Source: Ferribacterium limneticum
GTDB taxonomy: Bacteria; Pseudomonadota; Gammaproteobacteria; Burkholderiales; Rhodocyclaceae
Direction: 5' to 3'
NCBI GenBank assembly: GCA_049304775.1
Contig: JBAQOL010000014.1
Location: 11,098 to 75,097, forward strand
Length of the DNA stretch: 64,000 bases
A model generated the notes under the pieces. It saw only the letters and a program-made list of their open reading frames with translations. It was not told the DNA's origin and made no database searches. The translations under genes and the position numbers were made by a program. Positions 19,972 through 28,289 of this stretch are shown one piece after another. Position 1 is the stretch's first letter; each line of letters starts with the position of its first letter.

Positions 19972-22530
19972 TCACTCGGCCGGCTGCCAATCGACCGGCA
20001 GCAGATGGCGCGCCGGCCGGCCGATGTAGTAACCCTGGGCGCGTTGCACTTCGAGGCCGACCAGTTCTTCCAGGACCTCGGCCGACTCGACATATTCGGC
20101 CACCACGGTGATGCCCATGTCGCGCGCCAGCGAACGGATGCTGGTCACGAAGGTGCGGTCCTTCTCGCTGTTGAGCATGTTGGCGATGAAATCGCCCTCG
20201 ATCTTGAGATAGTGGATCGGGAAGCGACGCAGGTAGTGGAAGGATGAAAAGCCGGAGCCGAAATCGTCGATCGCCAGCTTGAAACCGTCGGCCTTGAGGT
20301 CATTGAGGAAACGTTCGAGCAACGACAGGTTTTTGACGGTATCGCGCTCGGTAATCTCGAAAACGATGTTCTGCGGCAAGATGCCGCTCTTCGTGACCAG
20401 ACGCCGCAGGTCGCGGGCAAATTCATTGAAGACCAGCGCCCGCGGCGACAGGTTGATGAAGATTTCGCCCTGGTGCCCCTGGGCCGCGAGGATGGTCAAG
20501 GCCTGTTCGATGACCAGCATGTCGAGCCGGTGGATGACCCCGATCTTTTCGGCAATTTCGACGAATTCGTCGGCGCGAATGATCTGGCCGTCAAGTTCGA
20601 TCCGGGACAACACTTCATAGGCCACGATCTTCCGTTCGGCAATATCGAGGATGGGCTGAAAGTAAGGCACGACGCGCTTCGCCTCGATGGCCTCGAGCAC
20701 CATGACGCTCTTCTGGGTGATGTCGCGGAATACCGAAACGATATCGTCCTGAGTCGGCACGGTGACCTGCCCTTTGCCGGCGGCCTTGGCCCGATACATC
20801 ATGTTGTCGGCAAAAAGCAGCAGATCCTTGGCGTTGTCGGCATGGTCGGGAAAAACCGCCAGGCCAATCGATGCCGTACCACGCACGTGGGCGTCCTGCG
20901 GCGTCACCACGTCGAGCGACTCGATCGCCTGGCGAACCCGCTCGGCGACCATGACCACCGCGTCGGCCTCGGCTTCCGGCAGGAGTACGACAAACTCGTC
21001 GCCGCCATAGCGGGCGAGGATGTCGCCATCGCGCAAGGCCTCCTGCACCTGGCGCGCCAGACGCTGGAGATAGGTATCGCCCACGGTATGGCCGTAGTTG
21101 TCATTGACCAGCTTGAAATTATCGAGGTCGATCAGCAACAAGCCGAAACTGTAGCCGTGACGCTGGGCCCGGCCAATTTCATAGGAGCTCAATTCCCAGA
21201 AAACACGCTGGTTGAACAGGTCGGTCAGCGGATCGCGGGTGGCGTAATACTCGAGGTCGCGGGTGTATTTGTAGATAGCCTTGACCGAGCCGACGACGTT
21301 GAGCAAGGTGGACAAAACGCTATCCATGACCAGGTAACGCGTCTCGTCTTCGAGTACACCGGCATGCACGCCTATGCCAACAATGCCGCCGATTTTCGGT
21401 TTATCGACAAAGAATGATTTGACGCGCAGCGCAACTTCATCCTCCGACAGTGCGACGGGCTCACTCTGCACGCCGGCCACATGGTGGTGGATATTGCACA
21501 CACCGATATCGCCGAAACTCGGCAAGCTGGCCAACTCCCGGCGAATATGCTGCTCCATCATGATGCGGGTAGGCTCGGTCACCGGCCCCAACCAGAAAAT
21601 CTCCAGATCGAACAGTTCGTCATCGATCTTGAAAATGGAGAACAGGGTGTGCGCCGGCAGCACGCTGTTGATGTCGACCAGCAGGCGCCCGACGTAGTCG
21701 CGCCAGTCGCGCACGACATCGGACGTAATGACGAATTTTTCGAGCAGGCCGATCTCGAAAGTCAAAATGTCCTTGTCGACGGCAATCGTTCTCAGCTTGC
21801 TCAACAAGCGGCCGAGCCCGGCAAAAACGCGATTGAGTTCAACAAAACCAAAGTCGTGGTCGGCAATGGCAATCCGACGCAAATCGCCGACCGCATTGAT
21901 CTGATCGAAATCTGCCTGGAGGCCATCGAGCGAACCTTCGATGCGCCGCCCGACCCACCACACGGCAGCGCCAGCCAGCAAGGCCGCCAACGGCACGAGC
22001 AGGGCAAAAGCCAGGTACAGGTCGCGCCGGGCATCGGCCAGCAGGCTGGCGTAGTCCTGGCGCACCTCGACGGCGCCGAGCACGGCACCGACCTCGGCAT
22101 TGCGGTGGCAGCGCAGACATTTGGCCTCGGCAACCAGCGGATAGATATGCCGGGCGTAATCAACCGTATCGAGTCGCAAGGGCTTGCCGCTGGCTATCAC
22201 GGTCTTGAGATCAGCATCGAATGGCGGCTGCTCGATTTCATCGTACAGATCGACCACAACCTGGCTGCGATAAATCTGCACCGTCAGCCCGTTTTCCTTG
22301 CCTGATTCGGCGATCGCCTGCAAAAAGGCATCCGCCTGGCTGCGTCGCCAACCCTGGCTCATCAACTGGTACATCGAGGCAAAGGTAATCCGGGTCGTCG
22401 CCTCGGAGGCGCGCGCCGCATTGGCCCGTACGACATTGTCAAAAATGCGATCGAGCGACCAATAGGCGCCACCGAAGAAAAGCGCCGCGACGACAGCCGA
22501 TGCGCCGAATACGAAATATTTAATCCGCAT
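19972..22530 (-). CDS. GGDEF-EAL c-di-GMP protein with periplasmic CxxCH (DUF3365-like haem-c) sensor domain
   Basis: N-terminal TM, then AKCLRCH, a second TM, RYGGDEFVVLL (GGDEF) and an EAL domain (YEVLSRI, DDFGSGFSS). Its stop codon abuts the stop of the convergent crotonase gene. Confidence 0.85.
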   Translation of the reverse strand: MRIKYFVFGASAVVAALFFGGAYWSLDRIFDNVVRANAARASEATTRITFASMYQLMSQGWRRSQADAFLQAIAESGKENGLTVQIYRSQVVVDLYDEIEQPPFDADLKTVIASGKPLRLDTVDYARHIYPLVAEAKCLRCHRNAEVGAVLGAVEVRQDYASLLADARRDLYLAFALLVPLAALLAGAAVWWVGRRIEGSLDGLQADFDQINAVGDLRRIAIADHDFGFVELNRVFAGLGRLLSKLRTIAVDKDILTFEIGLLEKFVITSDVVRDWRDYVGRLLVDINSVLPAHTLFSIFKIDDELFDLEIFWLGPVTEPTRIMMEQHIRRELASLPSFGDIGVCNIHHHVAGVQSEPVALSEDEVALRVKSFFVDKPKIGGIVGIGVHAGVLEDETRYLVMDSVLSTLLNVVGSVKAIYKYTRDLEYYATRDPLTDLFNQRVFWELSSYEIGRAQRHGYSFGLLLIDLDNFKLVNDNYGHTVGDTYLQRLARQVQEALRDGDILARYGGDEFVVLLPEAEADAVVMVAERVRQAIESLDVVTPQDAHVRGTASIGLAVFPDHADNAKDLLLFADNMMYRAKAAGKGQVTVPTQDDIVSVFRDITQKSVMVLEAIEAKRVVPYFQPILDIAERKIVAYEVLSRIELDGQIIRADEFVEIAEKIGVIHRLDMLVIEQALTILAAQGHQGEIFINLSPRALVFNEFARDLRRLVTKSGILPQNIVFEITERDTVKNLSLLERFLNDLKADGFKLAIDDFGSGFSSFHYLRRFPIHYLKIEGDFIANMLNSEKDRTFVTSIRSLARDMGITVVAEYVESAEVLEELVGLEVQRAQGYYIGRPARHLLPVDWQPAE

Positions 22531-22651
22531 TATTATTTACCCTCCCAGGTACGCGTGATTATCACAGAATCGGCTATGCAACAATGTGAGAAAACTGGGG
22601 AAATGAGCAAATTTCACCCCCCTCCAGGCAAGCCGGTTAAACTTCTGCCCC

Positions 22652-23755
22652 ATGCCGCTTCCCTATCGCCCCGTCTTGCTGTTTCTGTTCACCGCGGCGC
22701 TGGCCGGGGCTTTCTGGCGCGCCCCGACGCCCGGCGCAGCGGCATTCGCACCACCTCCGGCCGCCGCGGCATCGACATTGCCGGCCCTTTTCGTCAATGA
22801 AATGCTCTGGCGCGATGCGGGGTTGACGGCCGCCGCCCCCAACCTGACCGAATTGTCCGATGGCCGCATTGCCGCGGCCTGGCTGGCCGGCCCGGAGGAC
22901 GCGATGACCGTCCATTTCAGCGTGCGCGATCGTGGCGGCTGGCGTAGCACGGTGCAGGTCGCCACGCCCGAAAGCACGGCTGGCGGCACCTTTGCCCAGA
23001 TCGGCCGGCTCGGCAACCCTGTCCTCCATGCCGAAGGAAGCTGGCTGCATCTGTGGTACGCCAGCAGTACGCTGGGCACCTCGATCAACCACAGCGTGTC
23101 GACCGATGGCGGCAAGAGTTGGACGAAACCGGCCCGCCTGCAAACCTCGCCACTCGCCAATTTCGGCGGCGCCGTCCGCACCGCCCCCGTGCCGCTGGCC
23201 GACGGCGGACTGGGGCTGGCGATCGGCCACGACTTTATCGGCCAACACGGTGAATGGCTGCGCCTGTCGGCAACGGGCCAGATTCTCGACAAGGCTCGCC
23301 TGCCAGCCATAACCGCCACGCTGCAACCGGCCGCGGCCGCCCTTGATGATCAGCGAGCAATGGCCGTGCTGCGTGATGCCGGCCCGGCTCCAGGTTCGGT
23401 CCGGGTAGCGACGACGGACAATGGTGGCCAGCGCTGGCAGGCCGGCGAAGCCATCGCCGTGCCCAATCCGAACGCCTCCGTCGCCCTGCTGCGCCTGAAG
23501 AGCGGCCGCCTGCTGCTCGCCGGCAACCCGGCCAGCGGCCGGCAGGCCCTGCTGCTCTGGCTGTCGGCCGATCAGGGCAAAACCTGGCAGGAAGTCCGCA
23601 CCGTCGAAACCGCCCCCGACGGCGGCGCCGACTACGGCAACCCATCCCTGCTGCTCGGCCGCGACGGACGCATCCACCTTGCCTACGACTGGCGCCGGCA
23701 AGGCATCAAGCATGTCGTCTTCAGCGAAGCCTGGCTCGATGGAGGGCAGCCATGA
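22652..23755 (+). CDS. BNR/Asp-box repeat (sialidase-fold) exported protein
   Basis: Signal-like N-terminus. Asp-box motifs STDGGKSW, TTDNGGQRW and SADQGKTW. Confidence 0.7.
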   Translation: MPLPYRPVLLFLFTAALAGAFWRAPTPGAAAFAPPPAAAASTLPALFVNEMLWRDAGLTAAAPNLTELSDGRIAAAWLAGPEDAMTVHFSVRDRGGWRSTVQVATPESTAGGTFAQIGRLGNPVLHAEGSWLHLWYASSTLGTSINHSVSTDGGKSWTKPARLQTSPLANFGGAVRTAPVPLADGGLGLAIGHDFIGQHGEWLRLSATGQILDKARLPAITATLQPAAAALDDQRAMAVLRDAGPAPGSVRVATTDNGGQRWQAGEAIAVPNPNASVALLRLKSGRLLLAGNPASGRQALLLWLSADQGKTWQEVRTVETAPDGGADYGNPSLLLGRDGRIHLAYDWRRQGIKHVVFSEAWLDGGQP

Positions 23756-24309
23756 ACCTGCTGGCCGCCTACGGTCTACTCGCCCACGCCCTGATTTTCG
23801 GCGCCCTGACCGCGCTCGTGCCCTTCGGCGAGCTACGCGCCCGCGTCGCGCTGGCGGCGACGACGCTGGCCCTGGTGGTCGGCATTGCACCCGGCATGCA
23901 CGCCTTTTTTGGCACGCCATCGCTGACCCTCGTGGCGCTGGCCATCCTGCAATTGGCCGACAAAACGCCATCGCCGCTGGGCTACCGCCCGGCACTAGGC
24001 CTGCTCGTTTTCGCCATACCGTTCTATGCCGCCTCGCTCGGCTTCGGTTCCTTCGATCCGTATGCCCTCGGCTACCAGCCGACGCTATTGCTGGCCGCGC
24101 TGCTGCCGCTCGGTCTGGCCTTGTGGTGGAAGCGGCTCGACGTCTGGCTGGCGATTCTCGCCATCGACCTCGCCGGCTACGCCAGCGGCGTTTTCGCCAA
24201 CCTTTGGGATGTCCTGCTCGACCCACTGCTCGTGCTGCTGGCGCTGATTCTCGTCGTCCGCCAGATCACCATCCGCCGGCTGGCGACAAAAATCGGCAAC
24301 GCCGGCTGA
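23752..24309 (+). CDS. Hypothetical polytopic membrane protein, coupled to the BNR gene
   Basis: 185 aa with about 6 hydrophobic segments. ATGA overlap with the upstream stop. Confidence 0.6.
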   Translation: MNLLAAYGLLAHALIFGALTALVPFGELRARVALAATTLALVVGIAPGMHAFFGTPSLTLVALAILQLADKTPSPLGYRPALGLLVFAIPFYAASLGFGSFDPYALGYQPTLLLAALLPLGLALWWKRLDVWLAILAIDLAGYASGVFANLWDVLLDPLLVLLALILVVRQITIRRLATKIGNAG

Positions 24310-24315
24310 GTCAAC

Positions 24316-24339
24316 GAAAACGGGGGCCGAAGCCCCCGT
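24316..24339 (-). terminator. Hairpin terminator (T-run on the minus strand) after PEP-CTERM gene 24363-25346
   Basis: acgggggc-cgaa-gcccccgt; the minus strand continues with tttt. Confidence 0.55.
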
Positions 24340-24362
24340 CTGCCTCACTGAAAACCGGCGGA

Positions 24363-25346
24363 TCAGGCTGCCAGCTTCCTGCGGCGCGCCACGGCGCCGA
24401 GCAGACCAAGACCAGCCAGCAACATGGCGTAGGTTTCCGGCTCGGGAACTGGGGCGGCCAGCACGATCAGCCGCGAACGAGCCAGACTGTCGAGCACGCT
24501 GCCATCCTGCTCCTGCTCGGCTACCAGATAGATGATGCCCTTTTCGTCGATGGTCACGCCTTCGATTGCATTGTGCGGAACGATACCGGCCAGATCGAGG
24601 CTGCTCTTGATAACGCCGCTGCGGGTAACCTCAAGCAGGGTGTTCGAACCCAGGCTGAGAATCAGCAGGTTGTCTGCCGCCGTGGTACCGACCAGCGAAT
24701 TGACCCCGGAGAGCGTCTGCACGTCAGACAGCGTTACCAAACCGAGCGAGGCTGGGTTGAACAGTTGCGTCATGCTGGCCACGCCGCCGCCCGAGGCAAA
24801 GCTCAGGGTGCCACCAAGAATATCCTCCGGGAGCTCCTGCTTGACGGCAACGAAGCTGCCCCCGTTGCGCGCATCGTAGCTGATGCCTTCCATGCCGCTA
24901 TTGCCGACTGTGGCGTTGCTGATTGACACGCTGCTGCTGGCCAGACTGGCCGTACCACCAGCTGCGTAGCTGAAGCGATAGGCGTCGTAGAGGCGCTCTT
25001 CACCGACGACCAGGACGCCACCGCCCAGATAGGTCAGGCCTTCGGTGTCATGCTTGGTGCTGCCGGTTCCGGCCCAGTCGAAGTTCATGTAGCCGAGCGT
25101 CTGGCCGGTCTTGGAAATTTCGATGACGCCCGTACCTTCGTCGCCGACGAAGAACAGCGAGCCACGATCCTGAGCGTAGGTAACGGCCGAGGCTTCCAGG
25201 CCGGAAATGCCGCCACTCGTGCCGTTAAACGCATCCAGCGAGTAGATGCCGCTAACCGAGTAGCTGGCCAGATTCAGGGAATCGGCAGCGTGCGCGGCAA
25301 AGCTGCCGGCAGCGGCAAGGGCGAGAAACAGATGTTTGAGTTTCAT
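24363..25346 (-). CDS. PEP-CTERM protein with beta-propeller-like (SdiA-regulated/phytase-like) domain
   Basis: Signal peptide ...GSFAAHA. C-terminus VPEPETYAMLLAGLGLLGAVARRRK. The domain call is tentative and from memory of similar families. Confidence 0.75.
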   Translation of the reverse strand: MKLKHLFLALAAAGSFAAHAADSLNLASYSVSGIYSLDAFNGTSGGISGLEASAVTYAQDRGSLFFVGDEGTGVIEISKTGQTLGYMNFDWAGTGSTKHDTEGLTYLGGGVLVVGEERLYDAYRFSYAAGGTASLASSSVSISNATVGNSGMEGISYDARNGGSFVAVKQELPEDILGGTLSFASGGGVASMTQLFNPASLGLVTLSDVQTLSGVNSLVGTTAADNLLILSLGSNTLLEVTRSGVIKSSLDLAGIVPHNAIEGVTIDEKGIIYLVAEQEQDGSVLDSLARSRLIVLAAPVPEPETYAMLLAGLGLLGAVARRRKLAA

Positions 25347-25364
25347 GAGTTGTCCTTTCCCGGA

Positions 25365-26039
25365 TCAGCGTTGACGCTTGCGTGCCACGGCGCCGACAAC
25401 ACCAAGACCGGCCAGCAACATGGCGTAGGTTTCCGGCTCTGGAACGGCGGCGATGCTACCCGGCGAGCCGACTTCAATCGCGCTGTTGGCGGCCACGAAG
25501 GCACCGTTCGTGCCGACGACGCTGAGCTGGGAAACGGCCGAGTTGTTCAGGCCAGCGGCGTTGTCAAAGCTCTGGAAAGGCGAAGTCGAATCCGATGCAC
25601 CGAAGGTGACGTTGGCTTGCACGACGCCGGAGGCGTTGAAAATATTGAGCGCATCGTTGCTGGTGCTCAGGCCAATGCCCGAGCCACTGTAATAGCCAAC
25701 GGCCAGGCCGGCCGGAACGCTGCCGCCAAACCAGTTGGTCTTGAAGAGCTCGGTTTTGGCAGCATTGCCTTCAAGAAAAATCACCGACTGGCCAGCCGCA
25801 ATGCTGGTAATGCCGTTAAGGACCGCGGCAGCGCCAAACGAATTGGAACTGTCATCCACTTTCCAGCCGGTGATGTCGACCGCGCTACTACCGGTATTGG
25901 TCAGTTCGAACCAGTCGGCGCCTACCGGCGAATTGCCGCTGCTCCACGGAGCGACTTCGGTGATGGTAACGGCGGCGGACGCAGCAAACGAGGTGGCGGC
26001 CAACACAGCCGCGGCGAGGTAACGCAAAGAGTTGTTCAC
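25365..26039 (-). CDS. PEP-CTERM protein with lamin-tail-like domain
   Basis: ITEVAPWSSGNSPVGADWFELTNTGSSAVDITGWKVDD is typical of LTD domains. C-terminus VPEPETYAMLLAGLGVVGAVARKR. Confidence 0.75.
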   Translation of the reverse strand: MNNSLRYLAAAVLAATSFAASAAVTITEVAPWSSGNSPVGADWFELTNTGSSAVDITGWKVDDSSNSFGAAAVLNGITSIAAGQSVIFLEGNAAKTELFKTNWFGGSVPAGLAVGYYSGSGIGLSTSNDALNIFNASGVVQANVTFGASDSTSPFQSFDNAAGLNNSAVSQLSVVGTNGAFVAANSAIEVGSPGSIAAVPEPETYAMLLAGLGVVGAVARKRQR

Positions 26040-26288
26040 AATTGCTCCAATTTATTCGGAATAGGGAAAATGGCTCCCCGCGGCCGAACGCAACGTGAAC
26101 CGATACCGGCGGCCGGGGATTGTCCGAAGATTGGCGTGCGCACATTGCGCGCTTGTGACACAGGTCGCAAACGGCATAGTCCGAATGGATCAACGCTTGA
26201 TTTTTCGCGCGCAGAAACCGTGAAATTTCTCAGGTTTCACTGCGAAAACAAACCGGGAAGCGCAGCGCTTCGCCGGCGCGAGTCCCGG

Positions 26289-27089
26289 TTAACGGGTCAG
26301 CGCTTCGCTGATCAGGCGACGAATGCTGCCGGCCTCGAAAGGCTTGTCGCAGATGGCCGAAACGCCGGCCCGCTCGACGGCCGCGAGGCGGCCCATGTTC
26401 TGTTCGCTGGTTACCATGAGCACCGGCACCTCGGCCTGCCAGCTTTGCGTGCGGATGTATTCGGTCAGCTCGCGGCCATCCATTTCCGGCATGTTGTAGT
26501 CGGTAATGACCAGGTCGACCATGGCCTGCTCGAGGAGTGTCACAGCCTCTTTGCCATTGACCGCTTCGGTGATGCGCTCGATACCCAGCTCGGTGAGCAG
26601 GCGACGCAAATGGCGACGTGAGGCCAGGCTGTCATCGACGAGCAGGACGCGCAGGTTTTCGATTTCGGCGACGTCGAGATCTTCCGGCGGGTTCAGGTAA
26701 TCGGCAGCGGCATAGAGTGCGCGCGACAACTGCTGTTCGTTGAAAGGCTTGGCGACGATGCTGCAGGCGCCGGATTGGCGCACGGGTTCAAGCACCTGCG
26801 GCCGGGTTTCGCTGGAAACGAGAATGAATGGCACGGTTTCGAAATCAGCCTCGGCGCGCATGGCAGCGACCAGCTCGGTACCGGCCAGATCAGGCAGGTA
26901 GAGGCTGCTGATCACGATGACGTTCGCGCTTTCGACCTTGAGCGACGCCAGCGCGGCGCTAGCCGTGTCGACAACGGTGACTTTCTTGACCCCTTGATGC
27001 TCAAGCATCCGGCTGACCAGATGCGCCTGCATTTGCGATGGCTCGACCAGAATGATTGCCAAGTCAGCCAGCGAGGTTGTCATTGCCAT
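26289..27089 (-). CDS. Tandem-receiver (REC-REC) response regulator without output domain
   Basis: Second REC is canonical (VLLVDDS, VITDYNMPEMDG, CDKP). First REC lacks the acidic pair (ILVEPSQ). GGAG SD. Confidence 0.8.
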   Translation of the reverse strand: MAMTTSLADLAIILVEPSQMQAHLVSRMLEHQGVKKVTVVDTASAALASLKVESANVIVISSLYLPDLAGTELVAAMRAEADFETVPFILVSSETRPQVLEPVRQSGACSIVAKPFNEQQLSRALYAAADYLNPPEDLDVAEIENLRVLLVDDSLASRRHLRRLLTELGIERITEAVNGKEAVTLLEQAMVDLVITDYNMPEMDGRELTEYIRTQSWQAEVPVLMVTSEQNMGRLAAVERAGVSAICDKPFEAGSIRRLISEALTR

Positions 27090-27166
27090 ACGATCACTCC
27101 GGAACGAAGGGGAATGATCTCACTATAGCAGCCAGCAGGCGGCCGGGGGGCCACCTGCGCCAGCCT

Positions 27167-27259
27167 TTATCCGTGCAGACGGGCGGCGGCGCCGCTGGCC
27201 AGGAGTTCGCCAACGCGCTTGCCGCGGCCGTAACCGGAGTGATAAACGACGATGCTCAT
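27167..27259 (-). pseudogene. 30-codon remnant of a flavodoxin-like NAD(P)H:quinone oxidoreductase (WrbA-like N-terminus)
   Basis: MSIVVYHSGYGRGKRVGELLASGAAARLHG-stop. The ATG overlaps the pirin stop (ATGA). Full-length homologues are around 200 aa. Confidence 0.4.
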
Positions 27260-27963
27260 GCGACAGGCGGCAGGTCAAAGAGCAGGAATTCCGCTTCTTC
27301 ACTCGCCAAAAACTTGAGATCGGTTTCGTCGGCAATCTTGGCGCCGTCACCGGCATTTACGTTTTTGCCGTTTATTTCCAGTTGACCGTAGATAACGTGC
27401 ACATAGGCCAGCCGGCCGGCCGCCAAGCGGTAATCAATGCTTTCGCCGGGCGCCAGCAGGCTGGCCCACAGGCGCGCATCCTGGCCGATGGTCGTGCTGC
27501 CGTCGGCGCCGTCCGGCGAGGCAACGAGCCGCCAGCGGCCGCGCAGCTCGGCGAGCGGCAGGGCCTGCTGCTCGTAGCTGGCCGGCGTGCCGTGCTGCGC
27601 CGGCTCGATCCAGATTTGCAGCAGGTGCGTTTCTTCGTCGGCCGACGGGTTGGACTCGCTGTGCAGGATGCCCTTGCCGGCGCTCATGCGCTGCACTTCG
27701 CCGCGCCGGATCAAGCCGCCGTGGCCGAGGCTGTCTTTGTGCTCGAGCGTACCGGACAGGATATAGGTGACGATTTCCATGTCGCGATGGCCATGCCGGC
27801 CGAAACCGGCACCCGGGGCGACGCGGTCCTCGTTGATGACGCGCAGGGCGCCCCAGCCCATTTCGTCGGGGTCGTGATAATCGGCGAAGGAAAAACTGTG
27901 CTTGGCGCGCAGCCAGCCATGGTCGGCGTAACCGCGTGCGGCAGAAGGGCGAAGCTGGATCAC
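27256..27963 (-). CDS. Pirin family protein
   Basis: HGWLRAKHSFSFADYHDP...GFGRHGHRDMEIVTYILSGTLEHKDS. GTG start with AAGGAG 6 nt upstream. Confidence 0.9.
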   Translation of the reverse strand: MIQLRPSAARGYADHGWLRAKHSFSFADYHDPDEMGWGALRVINEDRVAPGAGFGRHGHRDMEIVTYILSGTLEHKDSLGHGGLIRRGEVQRMSAGKGILHSESNPSADEETHLLQIWIEPAQHGTPASYEQQALPLAELRGRWRLVASPDGADGSTTIGQDARLWASLLAPGESIDYRLAAGRLAYVHVIYGQLEINGKNVNAGDGAKIADETDLKFLASEEAEFLLFDLPPVA

Positions 27964-27998
27964 TGCAATCTCCTTGTGAATGAATCGTAATGATTAGT

Positions 27999-28017
27999 CA
28001 CCATAGTGTTTATGGTG
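27999..28017. promoter_or_regulatory. 7-5-7 inverted repeat (CACCATAgtgttTATGGTG), LysR-box-like, in the pirin upstream region
   Basis: Read directly. Lies between pirin and the divergent LysR remnant. Confidence 0.3.
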
Positions 28018-28215
28018 TTCAACAATAAACAGCGAATGCCCTCCGCCGTGGCCAAACAGGAAGGCGATCTCGGCATCACCTTATTTCTGCGCGAAGGGCG
28101 CAAGGCCACGCTCAACGACGCCGGGCGCCCCCGACAGGATGGCAAGGCGCTGCGCTGGTTCATCGATGAACTGTCCGATCACGACGTCACAAACGCGCTC
28201 ACTGCAGGTCTTTGA
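28006..28215 (+). pseudogene. Truncated LysR-family regulator remnant (part of the HTH only)
   Basis: ...PSAVAKQEGDLGITLFLREGRKATLNDAGR matches the end of the LysR wHTH (..LGxxLFxRxxRxxxLTxAG) but the ORF is only 69 codons. Divergent from pirin, a common LysR-pirin arrangement. Confidence 0.4.
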
Positions 28216-28289
28216 ATCAGTGATTTACCCTGTCCACACACGCCCCAGATAGTGCTATCGTGAAAGCATAATCAACAAAAAATGCAACA

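Noticed and set aside
22637-24226. 529-aa Arg-rich ORF on the minus strand
   Set aside because: It lies opposite the BNR-repeat and membrane-protein genes, has extreme Arg/Gly/Pro content and shows no domain signatures.
26195-26260. Inverted repeat GTGAAAtttctcaggTTTCAC downstream of the REC-REC gene as a terminator
   Set aside because: No U-run follows on the transcribed (minus) strand and the stem is AT-rich and short. It was not called as a feature.
25050-26621. 523-aa plus-strand ORF across the PEP-CTERM genes and an intergenic region
   Set aside because: It runs antisense to two ORFs with signal peptides and PEP-CTERM motifs and crosses a non-coding gap. It is a shadow frame.
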